The position numbers were made by a program, and so were the translations under genes. Under the pieces are notes generated by a model. That model saw only the letters and a list, made by a program, of their open reading frames with translations. It had not been told where the DNA came from and did not search any database. Of a stretch of 64,000 nt of DNA, positions 9,193 to 17,941 are shown one piece after another. Position 1 is the stretch's first letter, and every line of letters begins with the position of its first letter. Origin of the DNA: Bdellovibrionota bacterium (lineage in GTDB: Bacteria; Bdellovibrionota_C; UBA2361; SZUA-149; CAZDWZ01); assembly GCA_046328905.1 (NCBI GenBank), contig JAXLVP010000002.1:197499-261498 (forward strand). Direction: 5' to 3'.

Positions 9193-10569
9193 ATGTCATT
9201 TTCAGCCTCCTTCCTCCGTGAAGCGATGCAAATCGCCGACCAACTCGACGAGAGCGCTATCGAACGAGCTGTGCAGGTTCTCCGCCGGACACGAGACAAT
9301 CAGGGAAGGCTGTTTCTGATCGGATCTGGAGGCGGAGCCGGTCATGCATCGCATGCTACCTGCGATTTCCGGAAGCTCTGCAGCATGGAGGCCTACTGCC
9401 CCACCGATAACGTCTCAGAGCTGACCGCCCGAATCAACGACGAAGGATGGGATTCCTCCCTGGCAAACTGGCTCAAAACTTCTCGGTTAAATGGAAAAGA
9501 TTGCCTTTTTGTCTTTTCCGTTGGTGGCGGAAGCGAAGACAAGAACATCTCCGTGAATCTCGTCAACGCTATGAAGGCGGCGAAAGAGGTCGGCGCATCA
9601 ATCGTCGGCGTTGTCGGCCGAGATGGTGGATTTACAGCCAAAGTAGCGGATGCTGCGATAGTGGTGCCAACGGTCGATGCTTCCCGGGTCACTCCTCACA
9701 CAGAAGCCTTCCAAGCGCTCGTTTGGCATTTGATTGTCTCTCATCCGGCTCTCCAAACCGGCACGGCAAAATGGGAAGGAACACAGTCATTTGCCTCAAA
9801 GTCCGGACAAAAGGCGACTTCGATTCACCAGCTGCACGTGAAGGTGTTCGCCGACGGCGCGGAGCTCGCGGGAATGCTTGAAATGTATCGCAACCCCCTC
9901 ATCGCCGGCTTCACGACGAACCCGACGTTGATGAAGAAGGCCGGCATTGTGGACTACGCTGCCTTCGGCAAAGATGTTCTAACGCTCATAAAAGACAAGC
10001 CGATCTCATTCGAGGTGTTCTCCGACGACTTTGCGGAGATGGAAGCACAGGCGCTTACCATCGCTTCTTGGGGCGAGAACGTATATGTGAAGATCCCTAT
10101 CACCAACACCCGTGGTGAATCAGCAGTGCCGCTCGTGAAGCGACTCACCGCTGCTGGAGTCAAAGTAAACGTCACAGCGATTATGACCTTGGAGCAGATC
10201 GAAGAGGTCCTGCCGGCCTTAAAAAATACCGCGGGCGCATACGTCTCCGTGTTCGCGGGTCGAATAGCCGACACCGGCCGCGACCCACTACCGATGATGA
10301 AAGCCACGATGAAAATGCTCGCGGAGCATCCAGCCGTCGAGCTCATCTGGGCGAGCCCCCGTGAGCTGCTAAACATTTTCCAGGCGAACGAGATTGGCTG
10401 CCACGTCATCACGGTAACGAATGACGTCCTGAAGAAGCTCACGCTCGTCGGTAAGGATCTTTCCGAGTATTCGCTCGAGACTGTCCAGATGTTTCGGAAT
10501 GATGCTGTTTCGGCGGGATTTTCGCTTGAAGTGGATTCTGATGGAAAGGAGAGTCAGATAGCGGCGTGA
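9193..10569 (+). CDS. fusion protein: SIS-domain sugar-phosphate isomerase (GmhA-like) + transaldolase/fructose-6-phosphate aldolase-like domain
   Basis: N-terminal SIS motifs (LFLIGSGGGAGHASH; FVFSVGGGSEDKN ... VVGRDGG); C-terminal TalC/FSA-like motifs (GFTTNPTL, Schiff-base-type YVKIP, SVFAGRIAD). Confidence 0.75.
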   Translation: MSFSASFLREAMQIADQLDESAIERAVQVLRRTRDNQGRLFLIGSGGGAGHASHATCDFRKLCSMEAYCPTDNVSELTARINDEGWDSSLANWLKTSRLNGKDCLFVFSVGGGSEDKNISVNLVNAMKAAKEVGASIVGVVGRDGGFTAKVADAAIVVPTVDASRVTPHTEAFQALVWHLIVSHPALQTGTAKWEGTQSFASKSGQKATSIHQLHVKVFADGAELAGMLEMYRNPLIAGFTTNPTLMKKAGIVDYAAFGKDVLTLIKDKPISFEVFSDDFAEMEAQALTIASWGENVYVKIPITNTRGESAVPLVKRLTAAGVKVNVTAIMTLEQIEEVLPALKNTAGAYVSVFAGRIADTGRDPLPMMKATMKMLAEHPAVELIWASPRELLNIFQANEIGCHVITVTNDVLKKLTLVGKDLSEYSLETVQMFRNDAVSAGFSLEVDSDGKESQIAA

Positions 10570-10570
10570 G

Positions 10571-10604
10571 CTGCAGCGCAGCGCCGATAAGCGGCGCGCT
10601 GCAG
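10571..10604. terminator. GC-rich hairpin between convergent genes (possible bidirectional terminator)
   Basis: Perfect 9-bp stem CTGCAGCGC / GCGCTGCAG around a 16-nt loop; no U-tract on either side. Confidence 0.3.
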
Positions 10605-10609
10605 ACGTA

Positions 10610-11143
10610 CTAATGCACGCACCGGTCGTTGAACCCGGTATTCTCCTGACTGCTAGAATTCGCGAGCTCTCCGTTCGTTGCGACAGTGCAGCCTCCGTTA
10701 CCAACGAGCGGTGTCTCCATGGGGTTACCATTCGTGTGACCGTCAAAATGAGGATACGCGAAGTTGCTGCCCCACTCCCCGTCGTCTGTCATTTGAATGA
10801 GTCCTGCTCGGCTAAGCTGACACGCAATCTTAAACTCGGCTGGCTCGGGAAGCCGTTTGCCTGCTTCGGCACAACTCTGGTGACAATCTTCCCACGCTAT
10901 TCCTGCGCCTGAAAATTGGTCTTTATCCGCATAAATCCCGGTGGGACCAGCAGTTCCTTCCGATCCTATGGGAACGAAGACCTCACTTGCGCTGCGGATT
11001 TTCGCATGAGGATGAAATAAAACGTTCTTCGTCATTTCCTGATTCACGATCTCGGACCCGAGCGATTGCGCGATGGCGCTCGATGAGAACAAAACCGAAC
11101 CTGCGATGAGACATACGAGTGACGTGAGTGATTTTCTGGGCAC
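10610..11143 (-). CDS. small secreted Cys-containing protein, paralog A (possible DUF1566/Lcl-like lectin-fold domain)
   Basis: N-terminal signal peptide (LVCLIAGSVLFSSSAIAQ); W-E-D-C...KRLPEP.EF motif; clear paralog of the 30332-30880 gene; GTG start. Confidence 0.55.
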   Translation of the reverse strand: MPRKSLTSLVCLIAGSVLFSSSAIAQSLGSEIVNQEMTKNVLFHPHAKIRSASEVFVPIGSEGTAGPTGIYADKDQFSGAGIAWEDCHQSCAEAGKRLPEPAEFKIACQLSRAGLIQMTDDGEWGSNFAYPHFDGHTNGNPMETPLVGNGGCTVATNGELANSSSQENTGFNDRCVH

Positions 11144-11239
11144 CCCTCGTGTTTGCAGTGCGGTATTGACCGGGACCTCGGAACGATATCCGTCCGCCGA
11201 GCGTTAATCGAGTAGTTGAGCAAATTTTTTCTTGGATGC

Positions 11240-12487
11240 TTACTCAGGCGAATACCCAAGCCGCTCCATCAATTCTGGCGTCGCAATTGACCGTATCCGA
11301 GCCTTTTGAGATTCGCTGAAGGCGGAGCGCCACTCATCGTTCACGCCCTTGCGGAACGCATAATCGCCTGGCTTGCACTCGTATGGTTCGCCCCGAAATT
11401 CGCTCCGTGGAATTCCGTGGAAATCGACTATCGAACGAAAAAAATCTTCCGGCCGGCTTTTGAAATCTTCAAACTTGGTCCATTGGATCTCGAAGCTCCG
11501 AGACGGATCGGCTTCCGCATCCAACCATCCCTGGATCCATTCGATCTCCACACCGAGGTAGAACTCTATCGCCGCGTCGAGCTTTTCTGCCAACGTCTTC
11601 CGAAAATAGCCTTCTGGAAAATTACACTCGAGCATTGCCATCTCGTATCGCTGCATTTCTGGCGTACGTTGAGCCATCGTTCGCAACGCTTCTTCAACGT
11701 AGAGTATGGACGAATAGAACGCCTGGCGTGGATCGCGGAGGTGGACGTTCACCTTCCTTATACCGCTTAGGTTCAGGGCGAGGATGCTCCGTTTGCACGG
11801 GAACATGTGCGCGTGCAGTATTCCGCCATAGTGGAGAAAGCGTTCGAGCAGCTTCGGGATGATTGGTGCTCTATTTCCACCGTATTGGTCCGTGATCGGG
11901 TCGCGGTGGTCAAGCATACCGAGGCGCCTCGAAAGCTCGGCACAGATGAAGGTTCCGGCTGAATGCCCGATAGCTGCAAAAAGGATGGACTGATGGTTTC
12001 GGAAAGGCTCTCGTTGGGCTTCGAGGTCTAACTGTCTGATCGTATCGCGAAGAACATTGAAAACCTCCATGTTTCCGGGGTGAAATTGGAGGAGGGCGCG
12101 GAGCACCTTGACCGCATCCTCGTGCTGCTTGGACTCCACGAGCAGTCGAGCGAGCGGAAGACCATACTCTACAGCGTCCGGCCGGAAGCGCAGCGCACTC
12201 GTGTAGCTCTGGATAGCTTCTGCTCGGTACTGAAGTAGAGAGCAGAGCTCTGCATGGTGATGAAAGAAAACCGGATGCTTGTGCGGCTGAGAAATCGCCT
12301 TTCTGAGGACTTCGAGAGACTCGAGCGCCTTCCCGGAGCGAAGGAGAGCCACGCCCAACAGATCCAGAACGGACGCATTGTTCGGATCAGCGGCAAGCTC
12401 TGTCTCGAGAACCGAGCATGCCTCATCAATGCGACCCGCTTCCAGGTTCGCTAGCGCGTTCGGCGGATAATGGATCTCAGTCAGCAA
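11240..12487 (-). CDS. TPR-repeat protein with C-terminal sulfotransferase-fold domain
   Basis: N-terminal TPR-like repeats; C-terminal sulfotransferase-like motifs (LRDPRQAFYSS resembling the 3'-phosphate-binding region; FRKGVNDEWRSAFSE resembling the C-terminal RKG..GDWKN.F motif). Confidence 0.55.
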   Translation of the reverse strand: MLTEIHYPPNALANLEAGRIDEACSVLETELAADPNNASVLDLLGVALLRSGKALESLEVLRKAISQPHKHPVFFHHHAELCSLLQYRAEAIQSYTSALRFRPDAVEYGLPLARLLVESKQHEDAVKVLRALLQFHPGNMEVFNVLRDTIRQLDLEAQREPFRNHQSILFAAIGHSAGTFICAELSRRLGMLDHRDPITDQYGGNRAPIIPKLLERFLHYGGILHAHMFPCKRSILALNLSGIRKVNVHLRDPRQAFYSSILYVEEALRTMAQRTPEMQRYEMAMLECNFPEGYFRKTLAEKLDAAIEFYLGVEIEWIQGWLDAEADPSRSFEIQWTKFEDFKSRPEDFFRSIVDFHGIPRSEFRGEPYECKPGDYAFRKGVNDEWRSAFSESQKARIRSIATPELMERLGYSPE

Positions 12488-12624
12488 TTCCGTTCCCCTG
12501 TATTCGCACCTATTTTTGATGACATGTTGGTCGGCAAAGGCTCTTCGAATCGTCGATTGGCCGGTGATATTTCTTTACTGAATCCCCCAATTGATAGTAA
12601 TAATCCGACAAATCTGGAGACCTT

Positions 12625-13377
12625 ATGAAGACGGAATGGGATTACACCGACCTCGCGGACGCCTACCTCAAGCGCGCGCCCTATTCGGACCAAGCGCTCG
12701 ACGAGATGGTGCGGCTCGCAAGTTTAGATGCAGACTCTGTAATCTGCGATGTTGGAGCCGGCACCGCGCATCTCACACTGCCGATCGCGAAGCGGGGCTA
12801 TCGAGTCACTTCCGTGGAACCGAACGATGCAATGCGCGCAAACGGTATGCGTCTGACCTCCAATCTGCCCAACGTGAGCTGGATTGAGGGCACGGGCGAA
12901 GATACCAAGCAGCCCGTCTCTTCATTTGACATGGTCACTTTCGGCTCATCGTTCAACGTGACAGACCGACCGCGGGCACTCGTTGAAACTGCGCGAATTT
13001 TGAAAAACCGAGGATGGTTTGCATGCATGTGGAACCACCGCTCACTCGAAGATCCGATTCAACAAGGAATTGAATCTGTCATTCGAAAGCACATTCCGGA
13101 ATACGACTACGGTAGCCGCCGAGAGGACCAGACGGAAGTAATCAACGCCTCAGGTCTGTTTGGGAAAGTTCACAAGCTCGAAGGCCCGGTCAGCCATCGC
13201 CAATCAATTGATGATTGCGTCGAAGCTTGGCGCTCCCATGCCACTCTGCATAGGCAAGCTGGAAACAGCTTTCAAACGATCGTTGACGAGATCGAGAACT
13301 TTCTCCGAGCGAAGAACGTCGATTCAATCGACGTTCCTTACCAAACTCGAATCTGGTGTGCGCAGAAGAAGAGCTAG
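12625..13377 (+). CDS. class I SAM-dependent methyltransferase
   Basis: Motif I ICDVGAGTAHL with acidic residue at the end of beta2 (VEPND). Confidence 0.7.
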   Translation: MKTEWDYTDLADAYLKRAPYSDQALDEMVRLASLDADSVICDVGAGTAHLTLPIAKRGYRVTSVEPNDAMRANGMRLTSNLPNVSWIEGTGEDTKQPVSSFDMVTFGSSFNVTDRPRALVETARILKNRGWFACMWNHRSLEDPIQQGIESVIRKHIPEYDYGSRREDQTEVINASGLFGKVHKLEGPVSHRQSIDDCVEAWRSHATLHRQAGNSFQTIVDEIENFLRAKNVDSIDVPYQTRIWCAQKKS

Positions 13378-13378
13378 C

Positions 13379-15790
13379 TTAACTGCGCTCGGGTCCATTC
13401 GACGCGAGTACGCGAACTTTCCGATTTGCACAGTCGATCTGAAGATGACGAGCGCGAGACCACTCTGCGTAGTTCTGTTCCCCACAACCAATGACAGCCG
13501 GGATCCCAAGCTCAGCGCAGCGAATCGCCATGTGCGAGTTCACGCCTCCGTACATCGTCACAAGTGCACCGATTTTGCGAGAGAAGATCCAGTCGTGGCC
13601 CGGATCGGCGCTCCGAATGAAAACAATCTTCTGTGAAAGATCGATCTCGAATAAGTCTTCCTCGATGACGACGGTTTCGGCTATCGCACGTCGGGTGATG
13701 AAGTTCGGCTCAACCTCGCTGAGAAAAAAGTGTAGCGCGTCTGCATCGCGCTGGATCAGTTGCGGCAAACGGATTGCGCAGGCCACATCGTATCGCTGCT
13801 TATTCCGCTGGATGTCCGTCCGGAGAATCTCCGGAAGAGATTCATGGGTCAGGTTCGTATAGAGATGCCGCACTGTTTCGATATCGACGAACGCAAGGTC
13901 CTCACGAGCCATGCCGTGTTTCTCGCCGAGCTCCACCAGATACGAAAGTATCTGGCTGACATTCCGGCTAAACAAGAACTTCCCATATTCCCGTCCTTCG
14001 ACAGCTTCCCGGATGAACTGAAAAAACTCGTCGACGCTCGCGAGGAGTCCGTTTTCCTTCAGCGCGTCTGCAACACGCCCGTATTGTTCGGAAGTTAGGT
14101 GGAACTCACATTCTGCCGACTCGGTTACGCCGCACGACAGCCCTTGGAAGTATAATTCTGGAGCCTCATCGTAACGAAGCGACAGTATGTCGTACGTTCC
14201 AGGACGCAGATGACCATATCGTTGAAGGAACTCTTCCTTGCTGAGCGTTCCCACTTGCACTCGCTCCGTATCGTTCGCCAATCGCTTCGCAACCGTATTC
14301 AGCGATCCGAGAAAGCTCTGATAGTCCTCGTCGGAAAAAATTTTTAGGTCCACAAGAGATCGGAGCATCTGCACGGCGATAAAACCCGCGCGCGCGAGGC
14401 CAGCGAAAGGCAAAGTGCCGTATCGTTTTCCATCTTCGATGAGCCAATAGATTTTATCGATCGGGGACAACTCGCTCGCCACGATGCCGTCAAATCGGCT
14501 CGTCAGCTCATCGAGCTTTTTCAAATCTTCCTGATACAGACCCTTTGTTGTCGAAACCACTGTGTTTGTTAGATCCAGGAGAGCGTATTTCAGCCGGTCT
14601 AGCTCCAACTCAGTGAAGCCGTGACGCAGCAGCTTCTTGATGCGCGTGGCAAGATTCAAATCGTAGCATGAGTGGACGATTTCGAACTCTACCTTGTCAT
14701 GGTCGCTCGGGCGCTCTGTAAGCTGATCCATGTAGTAATTGACAAGCTTGTGAGCGAGCGCATTGTCGACTTTTTGCGGGACAAATGAGCTGAAGCTCGC
14801 TCGAATGTCGATATATGGAAGGCCCAAAAAATCGACCAAAAGCGGGCAACTGCGCACGTTCTTGTAGCCGTAATTGTTCCTTTGATATGCCCAGATATCG
14901 TCGGTGATAAGCTGTTGGTAGAGTGATCGCGCGAGCGCCTTCGGACGGAGGCCAATCATCTCAGCCGGATTCCAATCCGTCATGACGCTGTACATTCCGC
15001 GGTCACCGAAGAGATACGGGTGGGGCCGACTCAGCTTTTCCAGTTTTGAGCGGATGCGCACCAGATATTGAGCAAAGTCGTTTTCCGAGATTGACGAAGC
15101 TGTCGGGCGGGCGGCGATAGGCCGCACTTGAAATAAGATAAGCTCGTCAGAAGCGGTGAATGCAAACTCGATGTCGAGCCGATCGCATTCAAAAAGTGCT
15201 TCGAGCTCCTCGAGGCACCCGACAATGCGATCTAATCGCTTTTGCGGTGCCGGTTCTTTGGTTCCCCGAAACCGAATGTAAGTCTTTGTTTGATGGGTCC
15301 CTGCGGTTACGCTCGACGTTGAAGTTGTGGTGTCGTCGTAGTTGATGACATAGTACGGAGCGAGAGAATCGCCGTCTCGCGAGAATGCAACACCACTCAG
15401 GACTGCGTCGGAAAGATGCGGTTGCACAAAAAATTCGTCGGAAGATTCTTCTCGCCCGTATGATCGGATGACGCTATCAATAGCATCGACGACGGACTTT
15501 GTGTCCCCAGTAACCACGTTTCCGATCGAGCAGAACTCTCCCGCGTGAGACGCGCTCGCAGAGTCTTCAGCGGCGCAGGAGCTTCGCACAATGATCTGCG
15601 GTGAGGAAGAAAACTCGTCCTGAATAGTTCGAATGACATTCTCAGATTCCGTTCGCCACGTTTCGACTGTAAAACATCTTAGGGGAAGTACCGTCGATCG
15701 GCTCAGACGACCTTTCAATGCGAGTAACGTTTGGGCCTTCGTGCTGAAGTGGATTCGAGCCATTTTGAACCTTGCGGGTGAAACTGCCAC
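13379..15790 (-). CDS. PEP-utilising-enzyme family dikinase-like phosphotransferase (rifampin-phosphotransferase / glucan-water-dikinase-type architecture)
   Basis: N-terminal PPDK-type nucleotide-binding motif (RSSCAAEDSASASHAGEF); C-terminal swivel His domain (GGVNSHMAIRCAELGIPAVIGCG); no C-terminal TIM barrel, so not a canonical PEP synthase. Confidence 0.7.
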   Translation of the reverse strand: MAVSPARFKMARIHFSTKAQTLLALKGRLSRSTVLPLRCFTVETWRTESENVIRTIQDEFSSSPQIIVRSSCAAEDSASASHAGEFCSIGNVVTGDTKSVVDAIDSVIRSYGREESSDEFFVQPHLSDAVLSGVAFSRDGDSLAPYYVINYDDTTTSTSSVTAGTHQTKTYIRFRGTKEPAPQKRLDRIVGCLEELEALFECDRLDIEFAFTASDELILFQVRPIAARPTASSISENDFAQYLVRIRSKLEKLSRPHPYLFGDRGMYSVMTDWNPAEMIGLRPKALARSLYQQLITDDIWAYQRNNYGYKNVRSCPLLVDFLGLPYIDIRASFSSFVPQKVDNALAHKLVNYYMDQLTERPSDHDKVEFEIVHSCYDLNLATRIKKLLRHGFTELELDRLKYALLDLTNTVVSTTKGLYQEDLKKLDELTSRFDGIVASELSPIDKIYWLIEDGKRYGTLPFAGLARAGFIAVQMLRSLVDLKIFSDEDYQSFLGSLNTVAKRLANDTERVQVGTLSKEEFLQRYGHLRPGTYDILSLRYDEAPELYFQGLSCGVTESAECEFHLTSEQYGRVADALKENGLLASVDEFFQFIREAVEGREYGKFLFSRNVSQILSYLVELGEKHGMAREDLAFVDIETVRHLYTNLTHESLPEILRTDIQRNKQRYDVACAIRLPQLIQRDADALHFFLSEVEPNFITRRAIAETVVIEEDLFEIDLSQKIVFIRSADPGHDWIFSRKIGALVTMYGGVNSHMAIRCAELGIPAVIGCGEQNYAEWSRARHLQIDCANRKVRVLASNGPERS

Positions 15791-15882
15791 CAGACCTCAT
15801 AACCTCCCAATTTGATGTTTTTTCCTACTCCAAGATTCGAAAACTTGCGGGCCTTTTACCGGGCCTGTAGCTTCTAAACTGA

Positions 15883-16392
15883 ATGGACGATCAGTCGAAT
15901 AGCGCGCGAATTTTTTGGATTACTGGTTACCCCGGTGCCGGAAAAACCACACTCGCGAAAGAGGTAATGCTCGCCTTGGAGTCGCGGGGCACACCAGCGA
16001 TACTCGTCGACGGCGACGCTGTCAGGGCTATCTTCGGAAATGACTTAAGCTACGACGACGCAGGCAGAATTCAGAACGCTTGGCGCATCGCACGACTTTG
16101 CAAATTTGTCGCCGGCCAGAATATCGTGGTCGTTGCTGCTACTGTGTCTCTCTACGCGGAGGTGCGCGATTGGCTTCGCGGCGAATGTAGTGGATATCGG
16201 GAGGTCTTTGTTTCCGTAACGAAAGAAACGCTCCAGCAGAGAGACCAAAAAGGGCTCTATTCTTCCGGCGCCCCGGTTCCAGGCCTCACTCAGAGATCAG
16301 AAGAACCGCTGAATCCGCACTTGAGGATACAGAATGACGAACATCGAGAATCTTTCGCATCGCTCGCCGAGACGATTCTCGCTCTCCGGTGA
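15883..16392 (+). CDS. adenylylsulfate (APS) kinase family protein (CysC-like nucleotide 3'-kinase)
   Basis: P-loop GYPGAGKTT and LVDGDAVR motif typical of APS kinase; 169 aa. Confidence 0.75.
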   Translation: MDDQSNSARIFWITGYPGAGKTTLAKEVMLALESRGTPAILVDGDAVRAIFGNDLSYDDAGRIQNAWRIARLCKFVAGQNIVVVAATVSLYAEVRDWLRGECSGYREVFVSVTKETLQQRDQKGLYSSGAPVPGLTQRSEEPLNPHLRIQNDEHRESFASLAETILALR

Positions 16393-16399
16393 CTTGCCG

Positions 16400-17665
16400 T
16401 CAGAGTCGAGCTTGCGAGTGGTGCACGTGCTCGTCCTTCTTGGGCACTCCGATTCCCATCCCCCGCAAGATTCTTTGAATTCGCAGTGCTAAAACTTCCT
16501 GCCCTCGAGCGTTGTAGTGGTTCCAGTCGTGATAGACGGTCTCGTCGACGTCATCCAGCCACTCGCTCGCATCTTCTACATGCACCATACACCCGTCATG
16601 AAGGTCTTTTCGCAGCTCGAGGAACCGCGACCGAACCATGGCGAACCATTCTGGGACTAGCGTCGGCACAGGTGGCATGCGCGCAGCAATTTTTGCGAAG
16701 AGTGCGGACTCCTCGTCCGTTCGTTTTCGGCTACCCCACGCAAGTTGCGGCTGTAAGAGGTAGATTATCTTCGCGCCGTTGGCTCTGCTGAGCCCGATGG
16801 CACTGCGGACGTTTCGGATGTACCAGTCGACGGATTCGGGCTTGACCGACCAAGTCGAATAATCCATCTCTCCCCAAATCTTATTCGGCATCTCTACCTT
16901 CGTGGATGCCGTGTGTTGAAGTTCGTCAAAGAAAGTTTTTATTTTTGCTGCAAGCTTCGAGCTGAGGATTCTACGGCGGAGCTGATGGCTGAGCGAAGAA
17001 TAGCCCGATGCCTGAAGCACCATCTGCACAACGTCGTCCAGTGAGCGATGGGTATTTGGAATCCACCCACCCCGGAGCCCCTTATTACCCCATGTCGAGC
17101 TCAAGCAGTCATTGATTCCGTCCAGCACGACGATTACGTCGGGTTGATACCCAATCAACTCGAGCGACAAATAGCTCAGCTGTTGCCATGACATGTACGA
17201 TCCGACACCACAATTGAGCACTCTGATTTTCGGTGAGTCGGCTCGAAGGAATCTTTCTAATTGCGCGCTCAGCGTTTCAGAATTGCTGTTTACACCCATT
17301 CCCATCGCCGTAGATCCGCCCATGACGAAAACGCGTGTAAGCGACTTGTCGTCCGCATGGTAGTCGCGCGGCGTCGTGCCATTGTGAACGAAGCCATCTT
17401 GGTCGGTACCGAACCAGACGTTGTTCCATTCCCAGTGCGCGATTTCTCCCCCAGCGTAATTGCGGCCAAGTCGATGTCCGAGGCGCGGGTCCTTAATATA
17501 TCGACCAGGAACCGTTCGCCAATCGACAGTCAGTTTCCGCTCCTCTGCCATGCGCACCTGTTCTCTAGAAGAGCGGATAGATGTACTCTGCGGTTGGATC
17601 CTTCTGTTCCACCGCAGGTTGCCGAGCGAAGACGCCATAAACTGCGATGACCGGTAGCAAAACAA
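16400..17665 (-). CDS. SGNH/GDSL-family hydrolase (esterase or acyl-group-modifying enzyme); 5' end uncertain, possible frameshift
   Basis: GDS-type block VFVMGGSTAMG and C-terminal DxxH (YHDWNHY); an overlapping ORF in another frame (17565-17816) encodes a signal-anchor-like segment. Confidence 0.6.
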   Translation of the reverse strand: MFCYRSSQFMASSLGNLRWNRRIQPQSTSIRSSREQVRMAEERKLTVDWRTVPGRYIKDPRLGHRLGRNYAGGEIAHWEWNNVWFGTDQDGFVHNGTTPRDYHADDKSLTRVFVMGGSTAMGMGVNSNSETLSAQLERFLRADSPKIRVLNCGVGSYMSWQQLSYLSLELIGYQPDVIVVLDGINDCLSSTWGNKGLRGGWIPNTHRSLDDVVQMVLQASGYSSLSHQLRRRILSSKLAAKIKTFFDELQHTASTKVEMPNKIWGEMDYSTWSVKPESVDWYIRNVRSAIGLSRANGAKIIYLLQPQLAWGSRKRTDEESALFAKIAARMPPVPTLVPEWFAMVRSRFLELRKDLHDGCMVHVEDASEWLDDVDETVYHDWNHYNARGQEVLALRIQRILRGMGIGVPKKDEHVHHSQARL

Positions 17666-17941
17666 GAAACAATGGAAATGCGGCTGCTCGAGAAAGGAAA
17701 GACTTACGCTTTTGCACGATGAGAGTGTATGCGGCGCCGAGCAGGGCCGAGCAACGCGTACTCGTGCGCTGACCTGCAGGGCCTGACTTCGCGTGCGAGA
17801 TCTGTGGTTCCATCACTTACCTTCGGTTGCAATGATATGATTATGATGCAGGTTTGAAGGCTTCGGATCCCCGAAAAGATTCTCGAAATGATCAGACTCT
17901 TCAGCGAGTTACTCCCCCACGTCATGCAGCGAATGGAAACG

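Noticed and set aside
13379-15790. Calling the 803-aa PEP-utilising protein phosphoenolpyruvate synthase (PpsA) or pyruvate phosphate dikinase
   Set aside because: The catalytic His swivel domain is at the extreme C-terminus and no C-terminal PEP-binding TIM-barrel domain follows, unlike PpsA/PPDK; the architecture matches substrate-phosphorylating dikinase-like enzymes instead.
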